A DNA stretch of 64,000 nucleotides from an uncultured Verrucomicrobia subdivision 3 bacterium (GTDB lineage: Bacteria; Verrucomicrobiota; Verrucomicrobiia; Limisphaerales; UBA11358), in assembly GCA_903858275.1 (NCBI GenBank), contig CAIOIC010000080.1:33063-97062 (forward strand), in the 5' to 3' direction. Position 1 is the first letter of the stretch. Every line of letters begins with the position of its first letter. The notes under the pieces were generated by a model. It worked only from the letters and a program-made list of their open reading frames with translations, made no database searches and was not told the DNA's origin. The position numbers and the translations under genes were made by a program. This document shows positions 44,713-54,853 of the stretch, piece after piece.

Positions 44713-47700
44713 GTGTCTTCGCTGCGAATTTCTCTGCGCTTGGCGCAAAACGAATCCTCGTCAGCGGTGGGCAAACTGTTTGCTGACATTTTGCAAACTC
44801 CCGCCGTGCAAACCCTCGCCCGGCGACTGGAGCATGGCGGAGCGCGGTCTTTTTCCGGTGTGGCCGCGTCCGCGCAGCCGTTTTTTGCCGCGCTGGTGCA
44901 ACAGATCTTTCCGCAAAAGTCCGTCGTCATCGTCACGGAAAATCTGAAGACCCAGGAAAGTATTCAGCAGGATTTGGAAACGTGGCTGTCCCAACTTCCA
45001 TCTGCCAACTCCCATCTGCTCTTCTATCCCGCCTGGGAGACTTTTCCGCACGAAGGCAAACTGCCGCACGCCGACGTCATCAGTGACCGCCTGCAAACGC
45101 TCGTTTCCCTCTCTGAAAATCTAAAACTAGAAACTAAAAATTCAAAACTGATTGTCGCCAGCGTTGCCGCGCTGCTCCAAAAAACCTTTTCGCCCGCTGA
45201 AATTCAGCAACGCACCCGCGAGCTAGAACGCGGTGCCAAAATCGCCCCGCTGGATCTAATCGAATTTTTGGAGGCACAGGGCTACGAACCGGAGGCGCAG
45301 GTTTCACAGAAAGGCGAGCTCGCCCTGCGGGGCGGCATCGTGGACGTCTTTCCGCCGACCAGTCCGTGGCCGGTGCGGTTGGAATTCTTTGGTGATGAAC
45401 TGGAATCGCTCCGTTTCTTCGACCCGCTCACGCAGATTTCGCGCGAAGAAATCACCAGCGTCATATTGCCGCCCGCCGGCGAACTGGGAATTCTCAAGCA
45501 AAGACAGAATGAAGTGGGCAAGATTAAGAATGAACCTGCGCTAGCCACGCTGCTGGACTATCTGCCGTGTGAAACCATTTTCGTTTTGTGCGAACCCGAA
45601 TCGCTGGCCGTTCACGCTGAGACTTACGCGCAACAAGTTCCAAGCGACGATCCCTTCTTCATCGCGTGGCCGGATTTTCTGAAAGAACTGCACCAGTGCA
45701 AGTTCACAGCCGTGGAGTTGACCGATGGTGATGCGTTCTCTTTTGCCCCGGCGGGAGAGGGCCAGGGTGAGGGAGAAGCAAACAAATCATCCCAAAGTTC
45801 CGGTTTGGAGACCGGCGCTCCGTTGTTTGCTTCGCTTGATGCTTTCCGTCCGCTGGCTGAGCGGGCGCCGGAACCGCCGATTGCCGAGGCGCAACGGCGG
45901 GAGTTTTTCCAGCAGCTTCACCGCTGGTTGCGGCAGGATTACGCCGTTCACGTCTTTTGCAACAACGATGGCGAGCGGCAACGGTTTGAAGAGATTTGGC
46001 GGGAGAGCGGCATGGCTGCCGAATCCCGATTACTCAGCCAGCTCGGCTCGCTGGCGCGCGGATTCATTTGCGGCGAGGCGAAGCTCGTAGTTGTCACCGA
46101 TGCAGAAATCTTCGGCCGCTACAAAATCCAGCGGCCACGTCGCCAGAAATCAGCGCACGCGCTGGCCTCCCGTTCTGCGCTCGACATTGATTTCACCGAT
46201 TTGGAAGAAGGCGATTTAGTGGTGCATCTCCAGCACGGCATCGGGCGTTATCTCGGGTTGAAAAATCTGCCTGCTGCTTCGGGCAATCGGCAATCTGAAA
46301 CCGAATGTCTCGTCATCGAATACGCACCCAGTGGTGAGGCGGGCGAGCCGCCAAAACTTTACGTCCCTGTCAGCGAGGCGCATCTGGTTAGCAAATACGT
46401 TGGTGCCGGCAAGGCGAATCCACCTTTGAACCAGCTCGGCGGAACGCGCTGGGCCAAGGCCAAGGAGCAGACCGAAAAAGCCGTGCGCGACATCGCCGCC
46501 GAAATGTTGCGCATCCAGGCCGTGCGCGAAACGCAGCCCGGCCATCCGTGCAAACCGGACACGCAATGGCAGCGCGAGTTTGAAAGCGCCTTTATCTACG
46601 AGGAAACTCGTGACCAGATCACCGCCATCGCCGATACGAAAGCGGACCAGGAGCGGGCGAAGCCGATGGATCGGCTCATCTGCGGCGACGTTGGTTTTGG
46701 CAAAACCGAAGTCGCCATCCGCGCCGCGTTCAAATGCGTCATGGACGGCAAACAGGTGGCGATTCTCGTGCCGACGACCGTGCTGGCGCAGCAGCATTTC
46801 AATAATTTCCGCGAGCGCATGGCGGATTATCCGTTCCGCGTGGAATTGCTCTCGCGCTTCCGCACGCGACGCGAGCAGAACAAGGTTGTGGAAAATCTGG
46901 CGAACGGCGCGGTGGACATTGTCATCGGCACGCACCGCATCGTGCAGGACGACATTGCGTTCAAAGATCTTGGGCTCGTCGTGATTGATGAGGAACAACG
47001 CTTCGGCGTGGTGCACAAGGAGAAGTTCAAGCGGCTGCGGACGATGGTGGATGTGCTGACGTTGAGCGCCACGCCGATTCCGCGAACGCTTTACCTCGCG
47101 CTCACCGGCGCGCGTGATATGAGCACCATCCAGACGCCGCCGCACGACCGGCTGCCCGTCGAGACGATGGCTGTGCCTTACGACGAACGCACGATTCGCG
47201 ACGCGATCAAACACGAACTTGCGCGGGGCGGACAGGTATTCTTCCTGCACAACCGCGTGACGACGATTGAAACGATGCGCGCCAAATTGGTATCGCTGGT
47301 TCCCGATGCGCGGATTGTTGTCGGCCACGGCCAGATGCACGCGGATGATTTGGAAGAGGTGATGACGCAGTTCGTAAACGGCGAAGCGGATGTTTTGCTT
47401 TCGACGACCATCATCGAGAGCGGGCTCGATATTCCGAACGCGAACACCATCATCATTGACCGCGCCGACCGGTTTGGCTTGAGCGAACTTTACCAATTGC
47501 GCGGCCGCGTCGGGCGTTACAAGCATCAGGCTTACGCGTATCTGCTGCTGCCGCGTCACGCGCGGCTGCTCACCGATGTGCGCAAACGCATCAGCGCGAT
47601 GAAACAATACGCTTCGCTTGGCAGCGGATTTAAGATTGCCATGCGCGATCTGGAGATTCGTGGCGCGGGGAATTTGCTTGGCGCGGAACAAAGCGGCCAC

Positions 47701-48165
47701 ATCACCGCCGTGGGGTTTGAACTCTACTGCCAGTTGCTCAAGCAAAGTGTCGCTTCGATGAAGGGCGAGAAAATCAAGCCGCGAGTCGAAGTTCGCGTGA
47801 TGTTGGATTTTCTGGGCGACGCCGGCTCGCTGCCGGAAAATTACGTCACCGAGCCGCATCATCGCATCGAGATTTACCGCAAGCTGGCGCAGGCGAATGA
47901 AAAACCGTTGCTGGATGCGTTGCAAAAAGAATTGCGCGACCGTTTCGGGCCGCTGCCGCCCAATGTGGAATTGCTGCTGGCGGTGGGGGAACTGAAAATT
48001 CTCGCCAGTGAGAAGGCGGTGACCGCCGTCGAAGTGGAGGAAGACAAATTGAAAATCACGCGGCACGGTGATTTCATCCAACTGGGCGGCAAGTTTCCGC
48101 GCCTGACGAAAAAAGAACCCAAGACCCGGATCAAAGAGATCAAGCGGCTGCTGCTGGCGATTTGA
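44713..48165 (+). CDS. mfd: Transcription-repair coupling factor
   Basis: 1150 aa, with [12 protein letters not shown] (Walker A), VIDEEQRFG (DEEQ box), the helicase C motifs and a TRG-like region. GTG start. Confidence 0.93.
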   Translation: MSSLRISLRLAQNESSSAVGKLFADILQTPAVQTLARRLEHGGARSFSGVAASAQPFFAALVQQIFPQKSVVIVTENLKTQESIQQDLETWLSQLPSANSHLLFYPAWETFPHEGKLPHADVISDRLQTLVSLSENLKLETKNSKLIVASVAALLQKTFSPAEIQQRTRELERGAKIAPLDLIEFLEAQGYEPEAQVSQKGELALRGGIVDVFPPTSPWPVRLEFFGDELESLRFFDPLTQISREEITSVILPPAGELGILKQRQNEVGKIKNEPALATLLDYLPCETIFVLCEPESLAVHAETYAQQVPSDDPFFIAWPDFLKELHQCKFTAVELTDGDAFSFAPAGEGQGEGEANKSSQSSGLETGAPLFASLDAFRPLAERAPEPPIAEAQRREFFQQLHRWLRQDYAVHVFCNNDGERQRFEEIWRESGMAAESRLLSQLGSLARGFICGEAKLVVVTDAEIFGRYKIQRPRRQKSAHALASRSALDIDFTDLEEGDLVVHLQHGIGRYLGLKNLPAASGNRQSETECLVIEYAPSGEAGEPPKLYVPVSEAHLVSKYVGAGKANPPLNQLGGTRWAKAKEQTEKAVRDIAAEMLRIQAVRETQPGHPCKPDTQWQREFESAFIYEETRDQITAIADTKADQERAKPMDRLICGDVGFGKTEVAIRAAFKCVMDGKQVAILVPTTVLAQQHFNNFRERMADYPFRVELLSRFRTRREQNKVVENLANGAVDIVIGTHRIVQDDIAFKDLGLVVIDEEQRFGVVHKEKFKRLRTMVDVLTLSATPIPRTLYLALTGARDMSTIQTPPHDRLPVETMAVPYDERTIRDAIKHELARGGQVFFLHNRVTTIETMRAKLVSLVPDARIVVGHGQMHADDLEEVMTQFVNGEADVLLSTTIIESGLDIPNANTIIIDRADRFGLSELYQLRGRVGRYKHQAYAYLLLPRHARLLTDVRKRISAMKQYASLGSGFKIAMRDLEIRGAGNLLGAEQSGHITAVGFELYCQLLKQSVASMKGEKIKPRVEVRVMLDFLGDAGSLPENYVTEPHHRIEIYRKLAQANEKPLLDALQKELRDRFGPLPPNVELLLAVGELKILASEKAVTAVEVEEDKLKITRHGDFIQLGGKFPRLTKKEPKTRIKEIKRLLLAI

Positions 48166-48186
48166 TTTGGATCACGCCGCCGGGTT

Positions 48187-48984
48187 TTATTTCCAATCAA
48201 AGACGGTTTCGGCGTCGAGATATTTCCAGATTTTGCCTTTTTTGACTCGGGGCGTGGTGCGGCCAACGTAAGAAACCAGGTGGTGGTCGCCGTCTTTTTC
48301 CATCATGAAGAACAGCGGGTTCACCATGGGCGCCACGAGCAGATTGGTCGGCTCCATCTTGATTTTAATGTGGGTGTGGTCGTGCATCTTGGTTTCGCCA
48401 ACTTTCACGAAACGAAACATGAAGGTGCGTTCCCATTCAAGTGCGACAAAGTGGAATTTTACGCTGTCGCCTTTCATCAGTTTGTCCCAATGCGCGAGCA
48501 GGAAGGGATACACGGTGTCGTCGATCACAGTGTCGGGCTGGAGCTTTTTGGGGTCGCCTTTCTGCGGAGTGAGACCGTTGTCGTAGCCGATGCCGATATT
48601 TTGCTGGGCCGGATTCTTGGGGTTGGGGGCAATGTCAATGGTGCCGGAAACGTTGGCCTGAAATTCTTTCATTTGAAAGGAGACCAGGCGGCCGGATTGA
48701 TAAACGATGTTTTCCACGGCGGCGACGAAGCCGTCGGGCCGGATAAACCGGCGCTCGGCATAGACCGTGTCGTTGGTCCGCGTGGCGGTGCGCCGGAAGG
48801 TGTAGAGGATGTTTTTCTGTTCGGAGCCGATTTCGTAGACGGTGCCCGTGATCAGTTTGGGTTCGGCGTAGTCAAAGGTTTCAGCCTGGGGCGCCTCCGC
48901 CGCCATGCTGGTGAGGCGCAACCCCACCCCAATCGCGGTCAGAACGAACCAGCGGCTGGGGTGAAAAGCATGAACGGTATGCAT
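48187..48984 (-). CDS. Hypothetical exported protein
   Basis: Uninterrupted 265-aa ORF with a hydrophobic N-terminus (WFVLTAIGVGLRLTSMAAEA) and coding-like composition. I recognise no family. Confidence 0.5.
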   Translation of the reverse strand: MHTVHAFHPSRWFVLTAIGVGLRLTSMAAEAPQAETFDYAEPKLITGTVYEIGSEQKNILYTFRRTATRTNDTVYAERRFIRPDGFVAAVENIVYQSGRLVSFQMKEFQANVSGTIDIAPNPKNPAQQNIGIGYDNGLTPQKGDPKKLQPDTVIDDTVYPFLLAHWDKLMKGDSVKFHFVALEWERTFMFRFVKVGETKMHDHTHIKIKMEPTNLLVAPMVNPLFFMMEKDGDHHLVSYVGRTTPRVKKGKIWKYLDAETVFDWK

Positions 48985-49231
48985 TCGGAAATGATGCGAT
49001 GTGAATGGAATCGCGCAAGTTGGAATTTGGGTGTCTGCGTCGCGTCCGGCGCGAAAATTGGCCAGGGAGAAGGAAAAGAAGAAGCAAGGATTTTATGGTA
49101 ATTATTCCTCTGCCGCTCTTTTTTTCACGCAAAAGGGCAGGGGATTCATGGTTAAAACTCCGATGACAAAAAATCAGTCTTTCGCCTCAGCCAGTAAACT
49201 GAAACGTATTTTGCTCTCCGCAAAAAACTTA

Positions 49232-49259
49232 TTGCCTCGGTTTTTTTCTCGCGTATTAT
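49232..49259 (+). promoter_or_regulatory. Candidate sigma-70 promoter upstream of fusA (TTGCCT-N16-TATTAT)
   Basis: -35 TTGCCT at 49232-49237 and -10 TATTAT at 49254-49259, in an AT-rich gap about 75 nt upstream of the fusA ATG. Pattern match only. Confidence 0.4.
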
Positions 49260-49335
49260 CCACGCTCCATTTCAACCAATGATGGCGGAGTTTCGATTGA
49301 AATTTCCTGAAAACCGTAGCAAGCACATTTGATTT

Positions 49336-51552
49336 ATGTCAGCAGACGCAAAACCAGTCAATTCGCCCAACCGCGAATACACCCTCGAACGCACCCGCAA
49401 CATCGGCATTGCCGCGCACATTGACGCCGGCAAGACGACGACCACCGAGCGTATCCTCTTTTACACCGGCCTGATCCACAAGATCGGCGACGTGGATGAC
49501 GGCAATACCGTGACCGACTGGATGGAGCAGGAAAAGGAACGCGGCATCACCATCACCTCCGCCGCCGTCACCTGTTTCTGGACCCAGAAAACCGCCAAGG
49601 CGGGCGAAGATCAGGTTTACAAGGCCTACAACAACATTCCGCACCGCATCAACATCATTGATACGCCCGGCCACGTGGATTTCACCGCCGAAGTGGAACG
49701 TTCCATGCGCGTGCTCGACGGTGCGGTCGCCGTGTTCTGCGGCGTTGCCGGCGTGCAGCCGCAATCGGAAACCGTCTGGCGCCAGGCGACGAAGTATAAT
49801 GTTCCGCGCATCGCGTTCGTCAACAAGATGGACCGCATGGGCGCGAATTTTGAAAACGCCCTCAACGACATGCGCACGAAGCTCAAGGCGTATGCGTTCC
49901 CGATTTTCCTGCCGCTGGGGCAGGGCCCGGTTGAGGCGGAAGGCCGTCCGGTGGAAGGCGGGTTTGAAGGCGTGATTGACGTTGTCAATCAGAAGACCAT
50001 TTACTGGGGACCGGGCGAAGCGAACGAAGGACTCAATTATGAGATCCGCGAAATTGCTCCCGCCGATCAGGAACGCGCCAAGGCCGCCCTCGCGGAATTG
50101 ATTGATGCCGTCTCCAACAAAGACGACGAAATCGCCGGCCTCGTGCTCGAAGAAAAGCCGATTACGGCCCCGGTGCTCAAGGCTGCCATCCGCCGCCTCA
50201 CCTGCAAGATTGAACTCGTGCCGGTGTTGTGCGGTTCGGCGTTCAAGAAGAAGGCCGTGCAAGTGCTCGTGGATGCCGTCGTGGATTATCTCCCCAGTCC
50301 GATTGACATTCCGGGTGCGGAAGGCCACGAACTCGGCACCGAAGTTGTTGTCAAGGTGCCAACGAACGACCACGAGAAATTCTGCTCGCTCGCGTTCAAG
50401 CTCTGGACCGATCCTTACGCGGGCAAACTGGTGTTCTTCCGCGTCTATTCCGGCCACCTCAAAAAAGGCGACACCATCTACAACCCCCGCACGCGCAAAC
50501 GCGAACGCGTTTCCCGCCTCATGGTTATTCAAGGCAGCGAGCGCAAGGATATCAACGAAGTTTATGCCGGCGACATCGCCGCGCTCGTCGGTCTCCGTAA
50601 CATCACGACGGGAGACACGCTTTGCGATGAAGATTTCGACGTGACGCTGGAACCGCCGACGTTCCCGGAACCGGTCATCTCGATGGCAGTCGAGCCGAAG
50701 ACCAAGCAGGACCGCGACAAGCTTTCCGAAGGCTTGCAGCGTCTCGCGGAAGAAGATCCGACGTTCCGTTGCTTCACCAACGAGGAAACCAGCCAGCTCA
50801 TCATCGCGGGCATGGGCGAACTCCATTTGGAAATCATCGTGGATCGTCTCAAGCGCGAGTTCAAGGTCGAGGCCAACACCGGCGCGCCGCAGATCGCGTA
50901 TCGCGAGACGATTACCAAGAACGCCGAGGGCGAGGGCAAGTTCATCCGTCAATCCGGCGGCAAGGGCCAATACGGCCACGCTTGCATCAAGGTTTATCCG
51001 AATGAAAAGGGCAAGGGTGTCGAGGTCGTTGACGAAATCGTCGGCGGCGCGATCCCCAAGGAATTCATTCCCAAGGTCATTGACGGCATTGAAGAAGCCA
51101 TCAAGGGCGGCGTCTATGCCGGCTATCAGGTCATTGACATCAAAGTCGAAGTCGTGGACGGCTCGTTCCATGAAGTGGACTCGAACGAACTCGCCTTCCG
51201 CATGGCTGGCATTTTCGCTTTGAAAGACGCCTTCAAGAAAGCCGGTCCGATTTTGCTCGAACCGCTGATGAAGGTGGAATGCACCACGCCCGACGAATAT
51301 CAGGGCGACCTGCTCGGCGACATCAACCGTCGTCGCGGCACGATTGTCAGCATCGAGGCGAAGAACGGCCAGACCGTGCTCAACGCGCAGGTGCCGCTCG
51401 CGGAAATGTTCGGCTACGCCACGGCCATCCGTTCGCTCTCCAAGGGCCGGGCTTCCTACTCGATGGAGCCGTTGACCTTTGCGCAGGTGCCGAACAGTGT
51501 CCTCACGACCATCTTGGATGCCGCTGCGAAGAAGCCCGCCGCGCGCACCTAG
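49336..51552 (+). CDS. fusA: Translation elongation factor G
   Basis: NIGIAAHIDAGKTTTTERIL, RINIIDTPGHVDF, FVNKMDR and domain IV/V blocks (GELHLEIIVDRLKREF, QSGGKGQYGH, SLSKGRASYSMEP). Confidence 0.95.
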   Translation: MSADAKPVNSPNREYTLERTRNIGIAAHIDAGKTTTTERILFYTGLIHKIGDVDDGNTVTDWMEQEKERGITITSAAVTCFWTQKTAKAGEDQVYKAYNNIPHRINIIDTPGHVDFTAEVERSMRVLDGAVAVFCGVAGVQPQSETVWRQATKYNVPRIAFVNKMDRMGANFENALNDMRTKLKAYAFPIFLPLGQGPVEAEGRPVEGGFEGVIDVVNQKTIYWGPGEANEGLNYEIREIAPADQERAKAALAELIDAVSNKDDEIAGLVLEEKPITAPVLKAAIRRLTCKIELVPVLCGSAFKKKAVQVLVDAVVDYLPSPIDIPGAEGHELGTEVVVKVPTNDHEKFCSLAFKLWTDPYAGKLVFFRVYSGHLKKGDTIYNPRTRKRERVSRLMVIQGSERKDINEVYAGDIAALVGLRNITTGDTLCDEDFDVTLEPPTFPEPVISMAVEPKTKQDRDKLSEGLQRLAEEDPTFRCFTNEETSQLIIAGMGELHLEIIVDRLKREFKVEANTGAPQIAYRETITKNAEGEGKFIRQSGGKGQYGHACIKVYPNEKGKGVEVVDEIVGGAIPKEFIPKVIDGIEEAIKGGVYAGYQVIDIKVEVVDGSFHEVDSNELAFRMAGIFALKDAFKKAGPILLEPLMKVECTTPDEYQGDLLGDINRRRGTIVSIEAKNGQTVLNAQVPLAEMFGYATAIRSLSKGRASYSMEPLTFAQVPNSVLTTILDAAAKKPAART

Positions 51553-51568
51553 AGCATTTATTAATCAC

Positions 51569-51601
51569 GAGCCGGAACGAAAGTTCCGGCTCTTTCAATT
51601 T
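51569..51601 (+). terminator. Hairpin after fusA (possible terminator/attenuator)
   Basis: GAGCCGGAAC-GAAA-GTTCCGGCTC is a perfect 10-bp stem with a GAAA tetraloop (51569-51592), followed by TTTCAATTT. The U-tract is weak. Confidence 0.5.
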
Positions 51602-51635
51602 AGCGGGAGATAACCAAAATATTTTTAAAAATATA

Positions 51636-51663
51636 TTGCACCGGAAAACCCTGCTGTTATTAT
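51636..51663 (+). promoter_or_regulatory. Candidate sigma-70 promoter for rpsJ operon (TTGCAC-N16-TATTAT) with AT-rich upstream element
   Basis: -35 TTGCAC at 51636-51641 and -10 TATTAT at 51658-51663, preceded by AAAATATTTTTAAAAATATA. The architecture matches the fusA candidate. Confidence 0.45.
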
Positions 51664-51730
51664 TCGCGTCCGCTTTTCGATAATTGGGAGGCGGAATTTA
51701 GTTAACCAAAACCAGACAATTGTTCTTTAT

Positions 51731-52036
51731 ATGGCTCAACGAATTAGAATCCGCCTGAAGGCCTATGACTATCGCGTCATAGACCAGTCGGCTCGCGATA
51801 TTGCCGATACCGTCAAGCGCACCGGCGCTCGCGTCGCCGGTCCCATCCCGCTGCCGACTCGCATCGAACGCTTCACCGTCCAGCGCTCCCCGCACTCGGA
51901 CAAGAAGTCGCAGGAAACTTTTGAACAACGCACCCACAAGCGCCTGATCGACATTCTCGATCCGACCGCGAAGACCGTGGACGAATTGAAAAAGCTCAAT
52001 TTGCCCGCCGGCGTGGACATCACCATCAAGATTTAA
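51731..52036 (+). CDS. rpsJ: 30S ribosomal protein S10
   Basis: [43 protein letters not shown] is a near-universal S10 sequence pattern. Confidence 0.97.
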   Translation: MAQRIRIRLKAYDYRVIDQSARDIADTVKRTGARVAGPIPLPTRIERFTVQRSPHSDKKSQETFEQRTHKRLIDILDPTAKTVDELKKLNLPAGVDITIKI

Positions 52037-52046
52037 GGAGAATACC

Positions 52047-52754
52047 ATGCCACTCGGACTTTTAGGAAAAAAACTCGGCAGCACCCGCGTCTATAATGCG
52101 CAAGGCGTGCTGGTTCCCGTCACGGTCGTTCTCGCCGGTCCCAACCGCGTGCTTCAGGTGAAGACGCAGGCGGGCAAGGATGGATACAATTCCGTCCAAC
52201 TCGGCTTCGATGACCAGAAAGAACAGCGCCTGCCCAAGCCGCTGCTCGGCCATATCAAGAAGCACAACGGCGTCGCCGTTAAGCGCATCAAGGAATTCCG
52301 CAACTTCTCCAAGGAAGTCAAAGCGGGCGAAGTTGTCGGCCCGGCGCTGTTCGCCCCCGGTGATTTCATTGACGCCATCGGCACGACCAAAGGTCGCGGC
52401 TTTGAAGGCGTGATGAAGCGCCACAATTTCGGCGGTGGTCCCTCGACGCACGGTCACAAGGGCTGGCATCGTCGCGGCGGCGCGATCGGTCAGCGCTTGT
52501 TTCCCGGTACGGTGTTGCGCGGTTTCAAGATGCCCGGTCACATGGGTCAGGTCAGCCGCACCACCCAAAACCTCGAAGTGATTCAGGTGATCGAAGCCGA
52601 TAATCTGCTCCTGATCAAAGGCGCGATTCCCGGTGCGGAAGGCGATTACGTCGTCATTCGTGAATCCAAGAAACGGCCGAAGGGTTGGAAAGCGCCGGTG
52701 GCGACCGCCGGTAAGAAAAAGGCCGATGCCAAAGCCGCTGCCGCCAAGAAATAA
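52047..52754 (+). CDS. rplC: 50S ribosomal protein L3
   Basis: GLLGKKLGSTRVY, PVTVV, KGRGFEGVMKRHNFGGGPSTHG. Confidence 0.96.
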   Translation: MPLGLLGKKLGSTRVYNAQGVLVPVTVVLAGPNRVLQVKTQAGKDGYNSVQLGFDDQKEQRLPKPLLGHIKKHNGVAVKRIKEFRNFSKEVKAGEVVGPALFAPGDFIDAIGTTKGRGFEGVMKRHNFGGGPSTHGHKGWHRRGGAIGQRLFPGTVLRGFKMPGHMGQVSRTTQNLEVIQVIEADNLLLIKGAIPGAEGDYVVIRESKKRPKGWKAPVATAGKKKADAKAAAAKK

Positions 52755-52761
52755 TTAAGCC

Positions 52762-53388
52762 ATGAAAATTTCCATTAAAAATACTGCTGGGAAAGCTGCG
52801 GGCGAACTTGAAGTGAAGTTCGCCGTGGTTGAAAACGGCAAAGGTACCCAGGCTGTCCACGACGCCGTCACCGCGTATCGCGCGGCGCAGCGCAGTGGCA
52901 CCGCCTGCACCAAAACTGCTGGCGAAGTCGCCGGCACGAACAAGAAACCGTGGAAGCAAAAAGGCACGGGCCGCGCCCGCGCCGGCTCCTTCCGTTCTCC
53001 GTTGTGGGTCGGTGGTGGCGTGGTCTTCGGACCGAAGCCCCGCGATTTCAGCAAGAAGATATCCAAGAAGACCAAGTCATTTGCGCTCCGCAAAGCTTTG
53101 AGCGAACGCCTCAAACTCGGCGACGTGATTGTTGTGGACGACTTGAAACTGTCTTCAAATAAGACCAGGGATTTCGTCAAGGTCATCGACGCCTTGGAAT
53201 GCAAGGGCACCACGCTCCTCATTTCCGGCGAAGAAAACAAGAACCTTACGCTCGCCGCCCGCAATATCGTCGGCGTGACGCTCACCACCAGCGACTCGCT
53301 CAACACCTACGACGTGTTGCGCCCGGACAAGCTCGTCTTCACCAAGAGCGCGTTTGAAAAAGTCGAAGCCCGTTTAACCCAGGAATAA
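52762..53388 (+). CDS. rplD: 50S ribosomal protein L4
   Basis: KPWKQKGTGRARAGSFRSPLWVGGGVVFGPKPRDF. Confidence 0.96.
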   Translation: MKISIKNTAGKAAGELEVKFAVVENGKGTQAVHDAVTAYRAAQRSGTACTKTAGEVAGTNKKPWKQKGTGRARAGSFRSPLWVGGGVVFGPKPRDFSKKISKKTKSFALRKALSERLKLGDVIVVDDLKLSSNKTRDFVKVIDALECKGTTLLISGEENKNLTLAARNIVGVTLTTSDSLNTYDVLRPDKLVFTKSAFEKVEARLTQE

Positions 53389-53390
53389 TC

Positions 53391-53672
53391 ATGAACGCTT
53401 TTGAAATCATCAAGACCGTCCGCCTCACGGAAAAAGGCACGCGTCAGGCCGAGAAGTATAATCAATACACCATCGTTGCTGACCGCCTCGCGACCAAGCC
53501 GCAGATCCGGCAGGCCGTGCAGGAACTGTTCAAGGTCAAGGTCATCCGCGTCAACACGCTGAACGTCCGCGGCAAAGCCCGCCGCCAGCGCACCGCTCAG
53601 GCTGGCAAGACGAACGACTGGAAGAAAGCCATCGTCACGTTGAAGGACGGCGATAAGATTGTTTTGACCTAG
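53391..53672 (+). CDS. rplW: 50S ribosomal protein L23
   Basis: 93 aa, with IIKTVRLTEKGT...YTIVAD..ATKPQIRQAVQELFKVKV..VNTLN. It holds the expected position after rplD. Confidence 0.93.
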   Translation: MNAFEIIKTVRLTEKGTRQAEKYNQYTIVADRLATKPQIRQAVQELFKVKVIRVNTLNVRGKARRQRTAQAGKTNDWKKAIVTLKDGDKIVLT

Positions 53673-53690
53673 TCAAACTTTGAAACACCA

Positions 53691-53721
53691 ACGGCGCGGA
53701 TTTTTCCGCGCCGTTTTTTTT
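53691..53721 (+). terminator. Rho-independent terminator after rplW
   Basis: ACGGCGCGG-ATTTTT-CCGCGCCGT is a 9-bp GC-rich stem followed by a run of 7-8 T. Confidence 0.85.
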
Positions 53722-53878
53722 GTTTATACGGCAAGTTGTGCCGGAGAATGCCGTGGTGATTGTTGTTCAAATATGAACTAAATTATTTCTTATTGAGATT
53801 GATGTCGGTCTGGCTGCGGCTAGACTTTGGGGATAATAATGAATCCCGGCACCCAAACACCAGCTGCGTTCCTGTAAA

Positions 53879-54850
53879 ATGATCGCCGCCGAATTTCTTC
53901 CTGCCCGCCCGCATGTGTTGTGGCAATACGCCCGGCAGATGGGAATCACGCGCGCCATCGTGAAGGCTGCGCCGGAACTGACCGGCTTGAAAGCGCCGTG
54001 GGATATGGACTCGCTCCGGCAGATTCAAAAACAATTCGCGGAAGCGGGACTGACCGTTCACGGCTTGGAAGGCGATGAGTTTGATATGAGCCGCATCAAA
54101 CTTGGCCGGCCGGGGCGCGATGAGGACATTGAGCTTTATTGCCGGATGCTGCGCAATATGGGCGAACTGGGCATCGGTTTGATCTGCTATAATTTCATGC
54201 CGGCCATTGGCTGGCTGCGCACCAATGATTCCGTTGCCGGACGCGGTGGCGCACTGTGCTCAAAATTTGACCTTCAGGAACTTCCCGCCGGATTGACCGA
54301 GGCGGGAGAAGTCTCCAGTGAGCAAATTTGGGAGAACTACTCCTATTTCATCCGCAAAGTGATTCCAGTAGCCGAAAAGGCCGGCGTGCGCATGGGCTTG
54401 CATCCGGATGATCCGCCGATACCGGTGTTGCGCGGCGTTGGTCGCGTCTTTGGCAATCCCGAAGCCTTTGATCGCGCGTATGCGCTGGCACCGAGTCCGA
54501 GCAACGCCATCACGTTCTGTCGCGCCAACTTCAAACTCATGGGCGCGAACTTGCCTGAGTGGATCCGGCATTTTGGCACGCAGAAGCGGATTGCCTTTCT
54601 CCATCTGCGTGACGTGCGCGGCACGGCGGAATGTTTCCAGGAAGTCTTTCACGACGAGGCGGCGGCGGCCTTGATTGAAACTTTGCGCGAATGTCGTACT
54701 GTGGAATTTGACGGCCCGTGGCGGTGTGATCATGTGCCGACATTCGCAGGTGAGCCCAATGATAATCCCGGTTACGGCACGCTTGGGCGGCTGTTTGCTG
54801 ACGGGTATATCCTCGGACTGATGGACGCTTTGAGAATCCCAAGAAAATAA
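53879..54850 (+). CDS. uxuA: D-mannonate dehydratase (short form)
   Basis: The xylose-isomerase-like TIM barrel has GIGLICYNFMPAIGWLRT, which matches the UxuA block CYNFMP..DWTRT. The hexuronate gene context supports the call. Confidence 0.75.
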   Translation: MIAAEFLPARPHVLWQYARQMGITRAIVKAAPELTGLKAPWDMDSLRQIQKQFAEAGLTVHGLEGDEFDMSRIKLGRPGRDEDIELYCRMLRNMGELGIGLICYNFMPAIGWLRTNDSVAGRGGALCSKFDLQELPAGLTEAGEVSSEQIWENYSYFIRKVIPVAEKAGVRMGLHPDDPPIPVLRGVGRVFGNPEAFDRAYALAPSPSNAITFCRANFKLMGANLPEWIRHFGTQKRIAFLHLRDVRGTAECFQEVFHDEAAAALIETLRECRTVEFDGPWRCDHVPTFAGEPNDNPGYGTLGRLFADGYILGLMDALRIPRK

Positions 54851-54853
54851 TTT

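Noticed and set aside
45110-45150. AT-rich patch (AAAATCTAAAACTAGAAACTAAAAATTCAAAACTG) inside GC-rich mfd, considered as a possible insertion scar.
   Set aside because: The reading frame is intact ([13 protein letters not shown]), and the patch falls in a variable linker of the Mfd N-terminal module. It has no flanking repeats.
46216-48081. A 621-aa minus-strand ORF antisense to mfd.
   Set aside because: The reasons are the same: mfd on the plus strand has complete helicase motifs, and the antisense product is compositionally biased with no family features.
49582-49641. Extra residues in EF-G between ...CFW and HRINIIDTPGH, plus its overall length of 738 aa.
   Set aside because: E. coli EF-G also has an insertion at this loop (a shorter one), and the other extra residues fall in the variable G' region. 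I judged this ordinary lineage variation.
49339-51171. A 610-aa minus-strand ORF antisense to fusA.
   Set aside because: It lies entirely inside the unambiguous EF-G gene. Its translation is low-complexity and rich in R, A, G and D, with no recognisable motifs. This is a typical shadow ORF in GC-rich DNA.
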